NCBI GenBank assembly: GCA_030704615.1
Contig: CM060733.1
Location: 46,810,001-46,874,000 of the forward strand
From: Takakia lepidozioides
Taxonomy: Eukaryota > Plantae > Bryophyta
Direction of reading: 5' to 3'
Length of the DNA stretch: 64,000 nucleotides
In this document: piece after piece, positions 51,866 to 64,000 of the stretch
How positions within the stretch are numbered: position 1 is the stretch's first letter
Layout of the letters: every line of letters begins with the position of its first letter
Notes under the pieces: model-generated
Seen by the model: only the letters and a program-made list of their open reading frames with translations
Database searches by the model: none
Told to the model about the DNA's origin: nothing
Program-made: the position numbers and the translations under genes

Positions 51866-52327
51866 ATGGAGACTCTTGTTGGTATGAGCAAAGTCATGGG
51901 GATGATTTTAGCAGCTATGACATTACTCTTTATGCTTCCGGTGGAAGGATCAGTGACTTTTCACTCAGGAGATGCAACTTTTTCCGGAAACTATGAGTTG
52001 TTCATGCAATCCGCCTGTAATTTGGTGGTGTATGACAATCACGGCGTAAAGAAACCCATATGGGCCACGTACACTAATGGTCTTGGTCCCAATTGTTACA
52101 TGGTTGCGCAAGATATGGAAACCTTGTGGTCTATAATCAGTCAAATCAACCCGCTTTGGGACTCCCAGTCAAATGATAAAATACAGTGCGACACTCATCA
52201 ATATACACTTGATCTACTTAATACTGGAAACCTATGTATGGTTTGTACATATCCCATCGTTGATCCATCGAATGGTGTAACTAAATATGCAGTCTCATGG
52301 TGCTCTGGAACTGGAAATGGTCCATAG
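51866..52327 (+). CDS. Secreted bulb-type (GNA-like) mannose-binding lectin, possibly damaged
   Basis: Hydrophobic signal peptide; LFMQSACNLVVY..PIWATYT; LLNTGNL; the second GNLVVY motif is out of frame. Confidence 0.7.
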   Translation: METLVGMSKVMGMILAAMTLLFMLPVEGSVTFHSGDATFSGNYELFMQSACNLVVYDNHGVKKPIWATYTNGLGPNCYMVAQDMETLWSIISQINPLWDSQSNDKIQCDTHQYTLDLLNTGNLCMVCTYPIVDPSNGVTKYAVSWCSGTGNGP

Positions 52328-53036
52328 GATGGCAGTTGCCAGAAAAATAACCACCAAATAGGGCCAGAAGGCTTATAGTACCCCGTGATTATGTTTATGT
52401 TTGATATATGACATTATAACCTTTTGCTCACAATTATATATTTATGGAAAAATGACATTATGTCTCAATTTGGACTCGTACTCTAGAAAAACATATTATA
52501 ACCATGTCATGGAATCAGTATGCTCTTCATTGAAATTTGATCAACAAACATGTAAGATTTTAAAATTGTTGGCTTACACACATCTTCTATTGACAAAGAA
52601 GAGAACATTTTGGATCATATATATCCAATTTCAGTGTAGCATTTGAAGGCAGAGGGAAAATATTTATTTTGATTGCAATAAAATATTAAAATGACTAGGT
52701 ATCATACCACATGTGGGACCGTTTATTTATCTTTTTTACATTTCATAAGTGATGAATGGAGGCGGGCTCCTACTTCACATGAATGCGCTATCTATTACAT
52801 ATGTTGTATTGTATTGATGGAATGAGCTAGTGTAAATGCTAGATCAGAAACACAAAGTGAAGTGGCTCTTAGTTACACCGGCTTTGGCTGGAGTGTTTTA
52901 TCTCTCATTAGAAACTCTATTCCTGATAAAAATATCTTTTAATAGAATGATGAATAAAAAATATCCAAATAAAATCCTCAAATAATGATAAAATTAGTTG
53001 TGTATTAGATGAAAAAAATTGTCTGCTAATTAATAT

Positions 53037-55698
53037 AGGGTAGCCTGTGCCGTTGGCCCAAGTGTCTAGTGTCAAGTGTAAGATCTTCTATGTATCACAA
53101 TGCGTCTCCTATGTCGAGGCCCAAGTGCGACCTCTAGTGTAGCCTATGCCATTGGCCCATGTGTGAAGAATTGAAATCTAAGGCCAAATGTAATTTCCTA
53201 TGTATCCAAATGCCTCTCCTATGTGGATGCCCCTCTAAGCCCAAGTGCAATCTTCTATTCATGTATCCAAGTGCATCTTCCATGTAGAGGCCCAAGTGTC
53301 CATTGTCATGTAACTTGCCAAAGTGCAATATCCTATGTATCCAGGTACGTCTCTCATGTCAAGGCCCAATTTATTTTTTCCATTAATTTGTTGAGTAGTA
53401 ATATATCCATTCATTATTGATATATCTCCCGTCGAGGCTCCCAGGAAAGCCCACTTTGCTATTTTTCCCGAATTTCCAGCGACCAGAAGCACTTGAAATG
53501 ACACATCTCCCACACCGTAGGTCCAAAAATCATGGGACCAAGCCGGTGCACCCCTCTTCATCGAGGGCTTTCCAATGGTACCAAGCACCAGGGCTGGGGC
53601 CTTGCAAATTGGGACATCTCTATGCTACAAAACAAAACAAAACAAATGAATTGGCTTCTTTCATATATTGACTAGGGTGGCCTGTGCCGTTGGCCCAAGT
53701 GTCCAGTGTCATCTAATTAGTATAAGTGCAATCCCCGATGTATCCAAGTGCGTCTCTTATGTCGAGACCCAAATGAGGCCCAAATGCAACCTCTGGGTAG
53801 CCTGTGCCGTTGGCCCAAGTGTCCAGTGCAAGATCTAAGCCCAAGTGTAAAATCTTCTATGTATCCTAGTGCGTCTCCTATGTCGAGGCCCAAGTGCGAC
53901 CTCTAGTGTAGCCTATGCCATTGGCCCATGTGTGAAGAATTGAAATCTAAGACCAAGTGCAATTTCCTATGTATCCAAGTGTGTCTCCTAGGTCGAGGCC
54001 CTCTAAGCCCAAGTACAATCTTCTATTCATATGTCTAAGTGCATCTCCTATGTAGAGGCCCAAGTGTCCAGTGTCATCTAAGCCTAAGTGCAGTCTCCTA
54101 TGTATTCAAGGGCGTCTCCCATATGCGTCTCCTATGTCGAGGCCCATCTAAGCCCAGTGTGCAATCTCCTATGTCATCTAAGTCCAAATGCATTTTTTTT
54201 CCACGCCAGATTTGAACCGGAGACCTTTCCCTTGATATCTCTCCGGATCCTGTCGAGGCTCCAACCATTGTCCCATGAAAGCCCACTTTGCTATTTTTCG
54301 TGAATTTCCAACGACCAAAAGTACTTGAAATTCCACATCCACATCTCCCACACTGCAAGTCCAAAAATCATGAGATCAAGTCGGTGCACCCCTCCTCATC
54401 GAAGGCTTTCCAACGGTACCAAGCACCAAGGCTGGGCCCCGCGGTTTGGGACATCTCAACGTGACAAAACAAAACAAAACAAATGGCAAATCTGGTCGTA
54501 GGCTCTATGGAAAAAAGATGCAATTGGACTTAGATGACATTGCCATTTAAGCCTATTGTGCAATCTCCTATGTATCCAAATACGTCTCCCATGTCAAGGC
54601 CCGATTAATTTTTTTCCATGAATTTATTGAGTAGTAATATATCCTATCATTATTGATGTGTCTCCCGTCTCTAGGGTAGCTTGTGCCGTTGGCCCAAGTG
54701 TCAAGTGTCATCTAAGCCCCAGTGCAATCTCCTATGTATGCAAGTGCGTCTCCTATGTCGAGGCCCAAGTGCGACGTCTAGGGTAGCCTCCGATGTTAGC
54801 CCAAGGGTCCAATGTCATCTAAGTCCAATTGCATCTTTCTTCATAGGGCATTGCATTTGGACTTAGATGACATTTGGAGGTCGCACTTGGACACATAGGA
54901 GATTGCACTTGGGCTTAGATTTCAATTCTTCACACATGTGCCAATGGCACAGGCTATCCTAGGCGTAGATCTCCCAAACAGGAGGGTCTTTGGAAACATA
55001 GGGGATTGCACTTGGACTTAGATGACACTGGACACCTGGGCCAATGACACAGGCTATCCTAGTCAATATATGAAGCAAGCTAGTTTGTTTGTTTTGACAC
55101 ATTGAGATGTCCCAAACCGTGGTGCTTGGTGCTTGGTACTGTTAGAAAGCCCTCGATGAGGAGGGGTGCACCGGCTTGGTCTCATAATTTTTGGACCTAG
55201 AGTGTGGGAGATGTCAAATTTCAAGTACTTTGGTCTCTGGAAATTCATGAAAAATAGAAAAATGGGCTTTCCTGGAGCAATGATTGGCCCTTCATGTGGG
55301 AAATTTGGAATTTCAAGTATTTTTTGTCTTTGGAAATTCACAAAAAATAGCAAAGTGGATATATCAATATATGAAGCGTTGACAGAGGGGAGAGTGCAAA
55401 AATAGCAAAGTAGGCAATGAGAGATCTCCCAAACTGCACATCTTTGGATACATAGGGGATTGTGTTTGGACTTAGATGACAATGGACACTCGAGGTCACA
55501 CTTGGGCCTCTACTTGGGAGAAGCACTTGATACATAAGAGATTGCACTTGGGGCTTCGATTTCAATTCTTCACATATGGGCCAATGACACAGGCTACCCT
55601 AGATCTCCCAAATTGTAGGGTATGTGGATATATAGGGGATTGCACTTGGACTTAGATGACACTGGACACTTGGGCCAATGGCACAGGCTACCCTAGTA
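53037..55698. mobile_element. Helitron-like array with an orientation switch near 54850
   Basis: Junctions at 53671/72 (-) and 55062/63 (+); terminal GGCACAGGCTACCCTAG|T at about 55697. Confidence 0.75.
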
Positions 55699-57666
55699 TA
55701 CCTTAAACAAGCACATTAGTTCCCTAGAGGCACATTAATACATGATTTAATATTATAAGTCCATGACAGTCTTTCATGACTATGAACCAAATTTCATCCA
55801 TGATGCTTAATTTCATTCATTAATCATTTTTGACCAGTGGTGTTGATCAAATTCATCCTACGCCTTACGATGCACCACGTGTTTGAAATTAACGTAAATT
55901 GTCAGGACTTACATCCATCCACAATTAATGTGGGATCCATTGGAGCGCTTCGTTTAATTGGTCTTGGACGCATTAAACAGGTTCCAGACACATTAAACAT
56001 GAAAATTAATGTTTATGGATGATGGCTTCTAAGTTGGATGAAAACAAGCATGTATCCTTATCAACCGCCATTGGACATGGATGATGCAAGATGAAAGGCC
56101 ATTAATATCTAACCTAAAGTGTGTTTATACAAGGTTGGGTCTAATGAGTTTTTGGCGTATATGTGTATTTTGAATCCTACGTATTTAATGATATTGTGGT
56201 TTCTATTAATTAATAGATTCATGTTTGCTGTTTTTTTTTTGGGGGCCCTGCCTCTGCAGAGCCCACTGTTTACTAATTTAGTAAGTAGTAAGTTAGTAGG
56301 TAGTAAGAGGGGGGCCTCCCTTATATACCCTCTCAAGGCGGTGGGACCTTCTAGAAGCCGGCCGACCGTGGGACCCTTTCTAGAAGGCCCTAGACACAAG
56401 TCAGCCCTACAAGACTCTTTATTAATTTGGCCAATTTAATACCTCCCTTCTTTTTTTGGACCCCTTGATCTCACTCCTTAATACACGTGGCCTTACTACA
56501 TAAGGCCCCCTAATTCTTGGGCCACTCTAGAATGAACATGGCCCCAATGAAACTCCTCTACATATTTATAACGCTTTGACCATGCACTTGGATGACTGGC
56601 TCTAACCGGTCATCCATAATCCCATTATGGATGACCGACTATAGCCGGTCCAATGTTTTCAAAAAGAGCATCTTGGAAAAATAGATACGCATAAATAGCA
56701 TCCATTGTACCAAGATAACTTTTTTGATGAGGTTGTTTAGGGAGTCTTATAGAGTTGGGTCAAAATGTTGTGCCAAGTAGGCACTACTATCTATGGCACA
56801 AACAACCACAGCTCATACATATTCTGTGAATATACTTACGAATGAGAACCTAAATTATTCTGTGGACATTCTTCTTGAGAGACAGTAGGTTGCCGGAAGC
56901 TGCAAAAGAGAGGAAAGAGTGGGGGCATGGATCAGGAAGGGCTGCATTCCCAAAAGGAAGCTTTCTGGAAGTTGGGTTAGGCTTGATTCTGGTGGTTTAT
57001 GTGGACAAACCGAAGCATGGGAGAAGAGGGAGATGTCTGACTTGGGTCCTTTCTGCTTTGGATCTGTGGTTGGATTGACGCATAGCATGTGCCGGACATG
57101 AGGGTGTTTTAGGGTTGCATCATCCTTGAATCCCGTCTGCGTCGGCATATGTGCGTGGATCTTTGCAATCAGGCATCAGAGTAAACTCCCCACATGGATC
57201 CAGAAAACCTTGTGTGCGCTGGAAGATGAAGGTACGCAGTACAGCTTGAAATTTAGCGTGAAGCGGTTAGTCCTGTCCAACATACATTTTTGCGGCGATC
57301 AAACCTACCCGCCCCTCTCCCTTCTGGAATAGCGTTTAGGTAGTTAGACAGGCACAGGTGTGCAAATTTTCTGAATTTTTTTGTCAGACAAAACAGGAAA
57401 ATGCGCTGCACGTAGGGTTGCCGAATTGGCAGAGGGCATGTCCTCTTTCAGTAAGCGGAAAATATCGGCCTTCCACTTCCTATCCATGTCTCTCAGGAAT
57501 CAGAAGTCGGGCGTGCTATTCTTCTCTCAAGAAAGAATAATTACTGCGACTAGTTCATCAATCCGTCGGTGAGGTGACTTCCCTTTGTCAGTAGAGTCGT
57601 TTTGGTCTCGAATTTTGAAGAATTGGTTGGGGGATCAAAGTTTTGTCGCACTGCGGTGGGCGCCAC

Positions 57667-58485
57667 ATGGGGCGGCTCCTGGTATATGACATCATTGAGA
57701 AACCCGGGAGCTCATTCTTCATTGCAGTGTGCAGTGCAATATGGTTCTATATCCAAAAGAAAGGTGTAGGGTATGCAGATGTGGGGTTAAACTACGAAAA
57801 TGTAGTGTCGGAGGGACAGTATTGGCGTCTCATCACGTCTGCTTTTTCTCACATCAGCTTTCTACACCTGATTTTCAACATGAGTGCCATCTGGAGTCTT
57901 GGGGTTGTGGAGAGCATACCAGAATACAATCTTGGGGTGCAGTATTACCTTCAGTATACTTTAGTATTGCTGCTTCTCTCGGGATTGCTGGTGCTAGGGA
58001 TGTACCATGTGCTCATCTATCGATTCAAGATGGAGTATTTCCAGCGGGTGGTAGCTGTTGGCTACTCATGCGTTGTGTTTGGATGGATGACGATTCTTGC
58101 GGTGAAGCAGCCATCTTCAAAACTGAGCATTTTTGGGCTTCTATCTCTCCCAGTGAGCTTCGCTCCATTTGAGTCACTCATATTCACGTCCATCATTGTT
58201 CCCCAGGCAAGCTTTTTGGGACATCTCGCAGGGATTCTGGTCGGTTATCTCATAGGCTGGGGTGTAGTGCAAGGCATGACCAACTACTGGGCCGTCACCC
58301 TTATAGCCTGGATTGTGCTAGGGCTCCTGATAAGCTTAAAGCGCTCGTCCTCAATTACTTTGCCATTCTTGGAAATTGAGTCTGTTGCAGATCCATTTCT
58401 ACCAAATGCCGGCTCATTCGTGTCTGATTCGACAAGCAATGGGGCAGCCAGCTGGCCTACTCTGTCTGGGATCAACATGGTGTAG
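57667..58485 (+). CDS. RBL13: Rhomboid-like protein 13, intronless
   Basis: [37 protein letters not shown] catalytic motif, FLGHLAG; intact 272-aa ORF. Confidence 0.88.
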   Translation: MGRLLVYDIIEKPGSSFFIAVCSAIWFYIQKKGVGYADVGLNYENVVSEGQYWRLITSAFSHISFLHLIFNMSAIWSLGVVESIPEYNLGVQYYLQYTLVLLLLSGLLVLGMYHVLIYRFKMEYFQRVVAVGYSCVVFGWMTILAVKQPSSKLSIFGLLSLPVSFAPFESLIFTSIIVPQASFLGHLAGILVGYLIGWGVVQGMTNYWAVTLIAWIVLGLLISLKRSSSITLPFLEIESVADPFLPNAGSFVSDSTSNGAASWPTLSGINMV

Positions 58486-60798
58486 TCCGGGGAGACCCAA
58501 GTCATCCCCACGCCCTCGCACTCTGGCATCCTTGATACAGCTATGAAGGTCATATTCCAGTTTTAGACATGTCACAGCATGAATCTCCATCTATCAGGTG
58601 AGCTGGTTGTTCTAGGGTCAGATAAAATCTGCAGTGCAGTGACGAATGCTGAAATAGAAAAGAGCTGCAGTTTGTAGGTGTCACAAACCTTTCAAAGTCT
58701 TTGGCAAGAGCCTACATTGTCGTGTGGCTCTTGGCTACACTCCATTCTTCCCTGTGCTGCTCTACTTTCTTGTACAATAAGAGTGTATATTGCCAGATAA
58801 CTGAGATTCTTTTGTGCTTTGTAGGCTCTTGTTTTGATCTATGCTTGTTTCAAATCAACGAATCAGACAAGGAGATAAGGACGGGATATTATTGGCGGAT
58901 TCTGCCTGCAGTAATGCTTGATGACTTCTGATCGGGGAAAGACCCACTGGTTACATTGTGATACATTTCAGCAACAATCATAGTTGTGCAGGCATGCCTC
59001 ACTGTTCACAGTACAATGTGGAGTTCTTGACAACTCTGTAATGAGTGCGCATTTTTTTGTGCTACTGGTGCTTTGAACAGCTGGGTTGCAGATAACTCAC
59101 TTAAGCGAGCTTCTTCTGCTAGTGAACACATCAAGCATCTCCATACCTGGCCATGTATTTTCCTCATTGACACGGCAAGAGGTGTTTCTGGTATTGTTGG
59201 TGTGAAGGGCCGTGTTTGTAGCTCAACTCAAGCAGCCTACCCAAAGCATGAACCTAGTAAAGGGTAATCTCTGAGGCATATAACAAAGGGATGCAATATG
59301 TTCCCTATGTTGTCTCTCCCCAAGTCTTTTGGGGTGAAGAGACACAATAATTTGTGCTTGCTTTGTTATGAGTCTATATTTTCCTCCGTGGAGTTAGTCA
59401 TCCAAGGGCTGCCTAGCCCTACCGACGAAATCAGATAGAGCATTCAAGTACTTAGTCTTAGCCATGCAACTTGTACAGAGCAGTGGTCTCCCCAGCCAAA
59501 TTGGAAGGCTTGTTCCTGCACTGTCCCGCGGGATGACGATGGTGCCGAAGTAAAGTATGTAATTTTTGAAGTCTACATAGGTGAACTTGAACTTCAGCTT
59601 CCTGCTAACTTCGGAAGGTCGGAGGCTCAGGCAAGGTGCTCACAGAGAAGCAGTGATGGACTTGACAGCAATACTAAGGGAATGGTCGATGATTGCATAT
59701 TGGTGTGAACAGGCCCTTAGATGCATACACGGGCCAGCAGCAAACCAGTAAACCAGCAGCAGAGGTTGAAACTGGTGGTTCCCCATGACAAATAGTCACC
59801 TAGGCAGTTATTTGACAGAAAACAGATATCTCATTCTATCTGGAGTTTACATATACACATCTCACAAAATGCTTCAGTAGTTGCCAAGTTTGAGGTGCGG
59901 ACTGGATTGAAGATTGACAACAGATGATGTTAGAATAAGCTTCAGAAGCTTCAACCAAAAAATACTCCATGGCAACAATCAAAAGAAGAGACAATACTGC
60001 AACAACTGTTGTTCCCCTAATGGCAGTCATGGTGTAAGACTGAAATCAAAGAGGCTGGGTAGTAGCCAGCAATGAATAAGAGTGGCAACAACATCCATTA
60101 CTCAAATTTGACATGGCAAGTTTAAATTTTGAGCTTGCCCAGAAAGGGCAGGCATGTGAATAGGAGGACCCTATTATGACCCTCCGTATCTACTGTCACC
60201 CCTACTCCTGAATACCTGAAGCCTCCACATAGCAAATCATCAGACTCCATTGTACACAGATCTCTTCTGTACTTTCCCTTCCAGCTTGGGATGAAGAGAG
60301 AATAACTTTCGGGAGCAGTTGTTTTCAGGGAAAGAACTCCTTTGGGACTGTAGTAGCTTGTATTAGAGAGAACAGTAGGCCCACCATTACCAAAACACAT
60401 CACTTCGCCCCTATGCAAAGACGTCTCTCAGCCCATGACAGGAACTCCACAAAGAGTGTAGCTTTCTCCTTTATCGCCTCCCTCTTTTTTCTCCAGAGTA
60501 AGCCACAAGGATTACATCCCCCCACTGCACCCAGAGATGAGGAAAGATCTCTCCGAGTATCATTCTCCCCGTCCAGGTAGAGACTGTCGTACCGTGTAAC
60601 CACCATATTCTCCCTGCCTTCCCTAAATGTGCCCAAAAAGGTAGAGAAAGTTTACTGTTTCTCCCCTTCAGGATGGCAAGACAGCGGCAGTCGCACAGTT
60701 GTCTCTCCATTCCAGTGGTCCGTGTACAGAGAAAGTGATCTACATCTAGAAATATTACTGTGGGCTCTTTCATAGGAATCCACTCCATCTACTGTTGC

Positions 60799-63181
60799 TT
60801 ATGCCGTCCATGAAGCTGATCTGGTGAGGCTGGGCTTCATCTTCCTGTCTTCCTCCAAGCCTATCATGCCTAAGTGTGAAGGATCCTCCAACATCATCTT
60901 TGCCACCAAGTAGCCAGCAATTGACCATGTTTGAAACTTGCGAGCCTGCTTGCCAACATAGCGCCCTAGTTTTCCATCGTAATATTCAGGCCACCCATCC
61001 TTTGATAACCTTTGCTCTACCTGCTCAATGGCACGCCGGGCAATTTGTGGCCTTCCCACCTTTATGCACGCTGCTGTCAACATCCACAGCAGCACTGCAC
61101 CCCCCAAATGACAAGTAAATGAAAGGTTATGTTCCAACAACAGCATTGTGGAGAGACTGATTTGGGTGACTAATGGACTTGAAAGAAGTGCTAAAAAAAA
61201 GGCCAGAGGCCGAAAAATGAATATACACTCTCAAAGACACATGCCAAGGATCAATAAAATTTCAGAAACCCCAAGACAATTTTTAGGAGACTGCTGAGTC
61301 GAAGCTGCTATCGATGATTTGGAAGTAGATGAGCTGCATACATTGTTTGGGGTAGCACAGCCCTAATAGGGAGCATTCCAAACTCCCAACCCTCCCAGCT
61401 ACTACTCTAGTTCTGGGCTAAGAGACTGACTTCTTCCCATGTTGCCTTTGCGGATCTTACTGGACCTCACCAGCCAACCCCTTTTAAATCTACATCGGTA
61501 CTATACATAAGATTCTGATTTAGCAGGAGTATACAGTTTAACAAGGTGCAAACGAAACTGACACTTCTAATCCCACAACAGGCAAGTGACAAGAACACTG
61601 CACAGACATTAGGGTAGGCAGCATTCTTCATTAAAACATGATAGATGGCAGGTCTAAACCAGGATGAGTCAGCACAAACTACACATGCTCTGAACTCTAA
61701 ATGTGAAAGTCACCAGAGTGTCAAAGGTGAATATTCCGCACAATTCCATGTGAAACATAAGCATGTTCACTCCCCTCAACATCAAATCTGGCTAATGGAA
61801 TGCCTTGTGTTTACCTGGCCAAGAGCCGCCATTGTGGTAGCTCCATCTGGTGTTCTTCGGATCACAGCCAGTCACAATGCGCCACTCCTCTCCCTCCATT
61901 GCAGGATAAGTCACCTTGAGTGGCATGTCCCCAACTAGTTCCTGCCAGCGCTCCTCAAACAGGTCCATGATAGCGGAAGCCTGCTCGGGTGTGGCCAGAG
62001 AGGAGAGGATAGCCATGCAATTGCCAATGGCAAACCACCGGAAGTCCATGCGAGCAGGGCTCACATTTCCGATGAAGTAGCCACCTTTCATGGGCATGAA
62101 GTCAAAAACCCAATCGGGAATAGAGTCTGGAATGACATTGAACTTATTCACAGCTGTATGAGAGTACTCTTCAGTTTTGTAGCGATAAATGCTATTGAGC
62201 TGGGTGTGATCCAGCCAAAAGTACTCGCGTATGTGGTAGCTCAGAGCATGCAGCCGCTTATCAATGCGTTCTAAGAATTCCTTCCCCTCCCCCTCTGCTG
62301 TGAGCAGACTTTTGGCTGACCGTAGCGCCATGAAAAAGAGGGCTTGAATTTCAATAGGATACCCATAGATGCCCTGCCATTCCAGCCCAGTCAATTAGTC
62401 CTGTCATCCACCGTCAGTAAACATCAAAAGTGTCAGACTGTGCGACTGACCAATGGCAAATAGCGAACATTCCAATCTCCCACACTAGCCCCCCACAAGC
62501 CAATTTCTGCATACAATTTAGCCTGGGTGAGGATTCAACTAGGCCACCCACATACCATTCGGCGATCGACCATGCAGCAACCGTCAGCACAGAGAAGAGT
62601 TGGAAAAGTGTCGAAACCATCGGAGACACAGAGTGTCAAAATAAGCCTTATGCCACGTTGGCAGTCAGGCATGTCTGCTAGACTATGGTCCCCAGTTGCT
62701 TTCACATAAGCACGAAGAAGAATGATCCACCAAAAGCCTGAGTCAACTGGGGCCACTCTGCCGATTGCACTCTCACCAAAATCAGCTATCATGGTGTCTG
62801 TCTTGCGCACTGGGTCATGGAGCACCTAACCAGGACAACAATGCCATCAATACCAGAGTGTAACTCCCACAGGTAGCATAGCCATTGCATTAGGCTCCTC
62901 ATCCAGGAAAATCATGAGATCACTTGTGGTAGGTCATACACGTATCTTTGGCTTTCTGGTGACGCTTTCAAATAGGCAAACATATGCTACATCACCGACA
63001 TCAAGCTTCAAAGACTCACCTTGAAACTTGCAGGCATGACACCTTCCCCAAGCGTAAAACAGTCGATTCGTTTCTCAATGGACTGAAGCCGTAAAGTTTT
63101 GAGCAAAAAGTTTTTCACAATCTCTGGCTCCCCATTCATAAGAAATGCCAATGCACTGGGCACAAAATCCCTTACAAAGAC
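60799..63181 (-). CDS. CINV: Alkaline/neutral invertase (GH100, cytosolic type), 5'-partial; exons 63181-63020, 62825-62556, 62373-61815, 61094-60799
   Basis: [63 protein letters not shown]; canonical splice sites that preserve frame. Confidence 0.95.
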
Positions 63182-63646
63182 CTGCATTGGCGATTGGATT
63201 CAGACAACTTCATCACTGGAAAATTCTAACTGGAATAGATCATCCACCTAGTCACTTATAAAAGTATGACATTGCAGAGCCAACAAACTGCATTTGGGTA
63301 AACTCTAGTGTCAGAGGAGGAACTACATAATCAGACCTTAATAACAGGACTGCGCACCAACACAAATTATTAACCACTCTCACGAACAGATTAGATGACA
63401 ATGTAGTACTTTTCAATAAAAAGAAAATGGGACAAGACAATTTCCATTTTCATGGCACAATGACGGCTGTTTGTCAACATCCAAGAGGAAAGTCCCCAGG
63501 TGGTGAACAAGCTTTCATTGGGTCTACAAAAAACAAGAGGAAAACCTACCGAGAGCGTCTGCAATTGGCTGCAAAGCTCCTACCAGGAATCCATCTTCCT
63601 CTGCTTTGAGATCATGGCTTGGAATCCAACCTATAGTACTACATGT

Positions 63647-63670
63647 TCTCTCTCTCTCTCTCTCTCTCTC
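63647..63670. repeat. (CT)n microsatellite in an invertase intron
   Basis: Direct reading of the sequence. Confidence 0.95.
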
Positions 63671-64000
63671 CAATTGCCTAATCAAACTCTTTGACCAGCA
63701 ACATTTCAAATCAATGCAGAAATACAGAAAACCTTTCTACAACTAAGTTTCTCAGCAGCCAACCCATAAACATTAGCTCAAGAAAATCATAACACTCCTT
63801 CATAGATCAATTGCCAGAGTAAGAGCCCATTGGACTGGCTAATAATACCAACCTAGTTCTGCCAAAAGGTTAGGTTGCAAAGCTATCCGAAATGAAAAAA
63901 TACCAAAATCCCCCGAGACTACATTCAAGTACATCACAGTGAGAAAGCAAAGTTCAAGGCATAAAATGTCTCCTATTTGATCATGGAAGCACACCATTGT

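Noticed and set aside
48189-55565. Recurring short ORFs (TLLFF.NFQRPKVLEI...)
   Set aside because: By-products of the Helitron-like repeat; the frames are not conserved between copies.
56840-57500. Possible divergent spliced transcript upstream of RBL13
   Set aside because: Splice-like signals exist on the minus strand, but I found no convincing ORF or homology.
58700-60790. Short ORFs between RBL13 and the invertase
   Set aside because: No recognisable motifs; consistent with UTR or intergenic sequence of convergent genes.

Overview
Eukaryotic nuclear DNA from a land plant, probably a non-seed plant (inferred from PLS-PPR, RBL13, GH100 invertase and bulb-lectin genes, GT-AG introns and the TE mix). 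About 55 kb is nested transposon debris: a MULE-like transposase relic, Ty3/Gypsy elements (one with a 3.25-kb internal inversion), a CACTA transposase, an L1 LINE hit by a MITE, tandem non-autonomous Helitrons, and CACTA-carried PPR and OSB/PDF-motif fragments. Host genes lie at the right end: a bulb-type lectin, RBL13 and a partial alkaline/neutral invertase. The standout is a 12.7-kb TIR/TSD-bounded Mutator-like element (33344-46040). It encodes a GCM-like Zn finger/DDE/SWIM transposase and, divergently, an intron-containing gene that joins a ParB/Srx-like domain to a beta-class N4/N6 DNA-methyltransferase-like domain. Its non-coding parts carry three tandem arrays of a shared AATTCGGCGCC motif, including perfect 30-38 bp palindromes. 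This is a candidate transposon self-marking or anti-silencing system. All domain calls are by eye from motifs; no searches were run.
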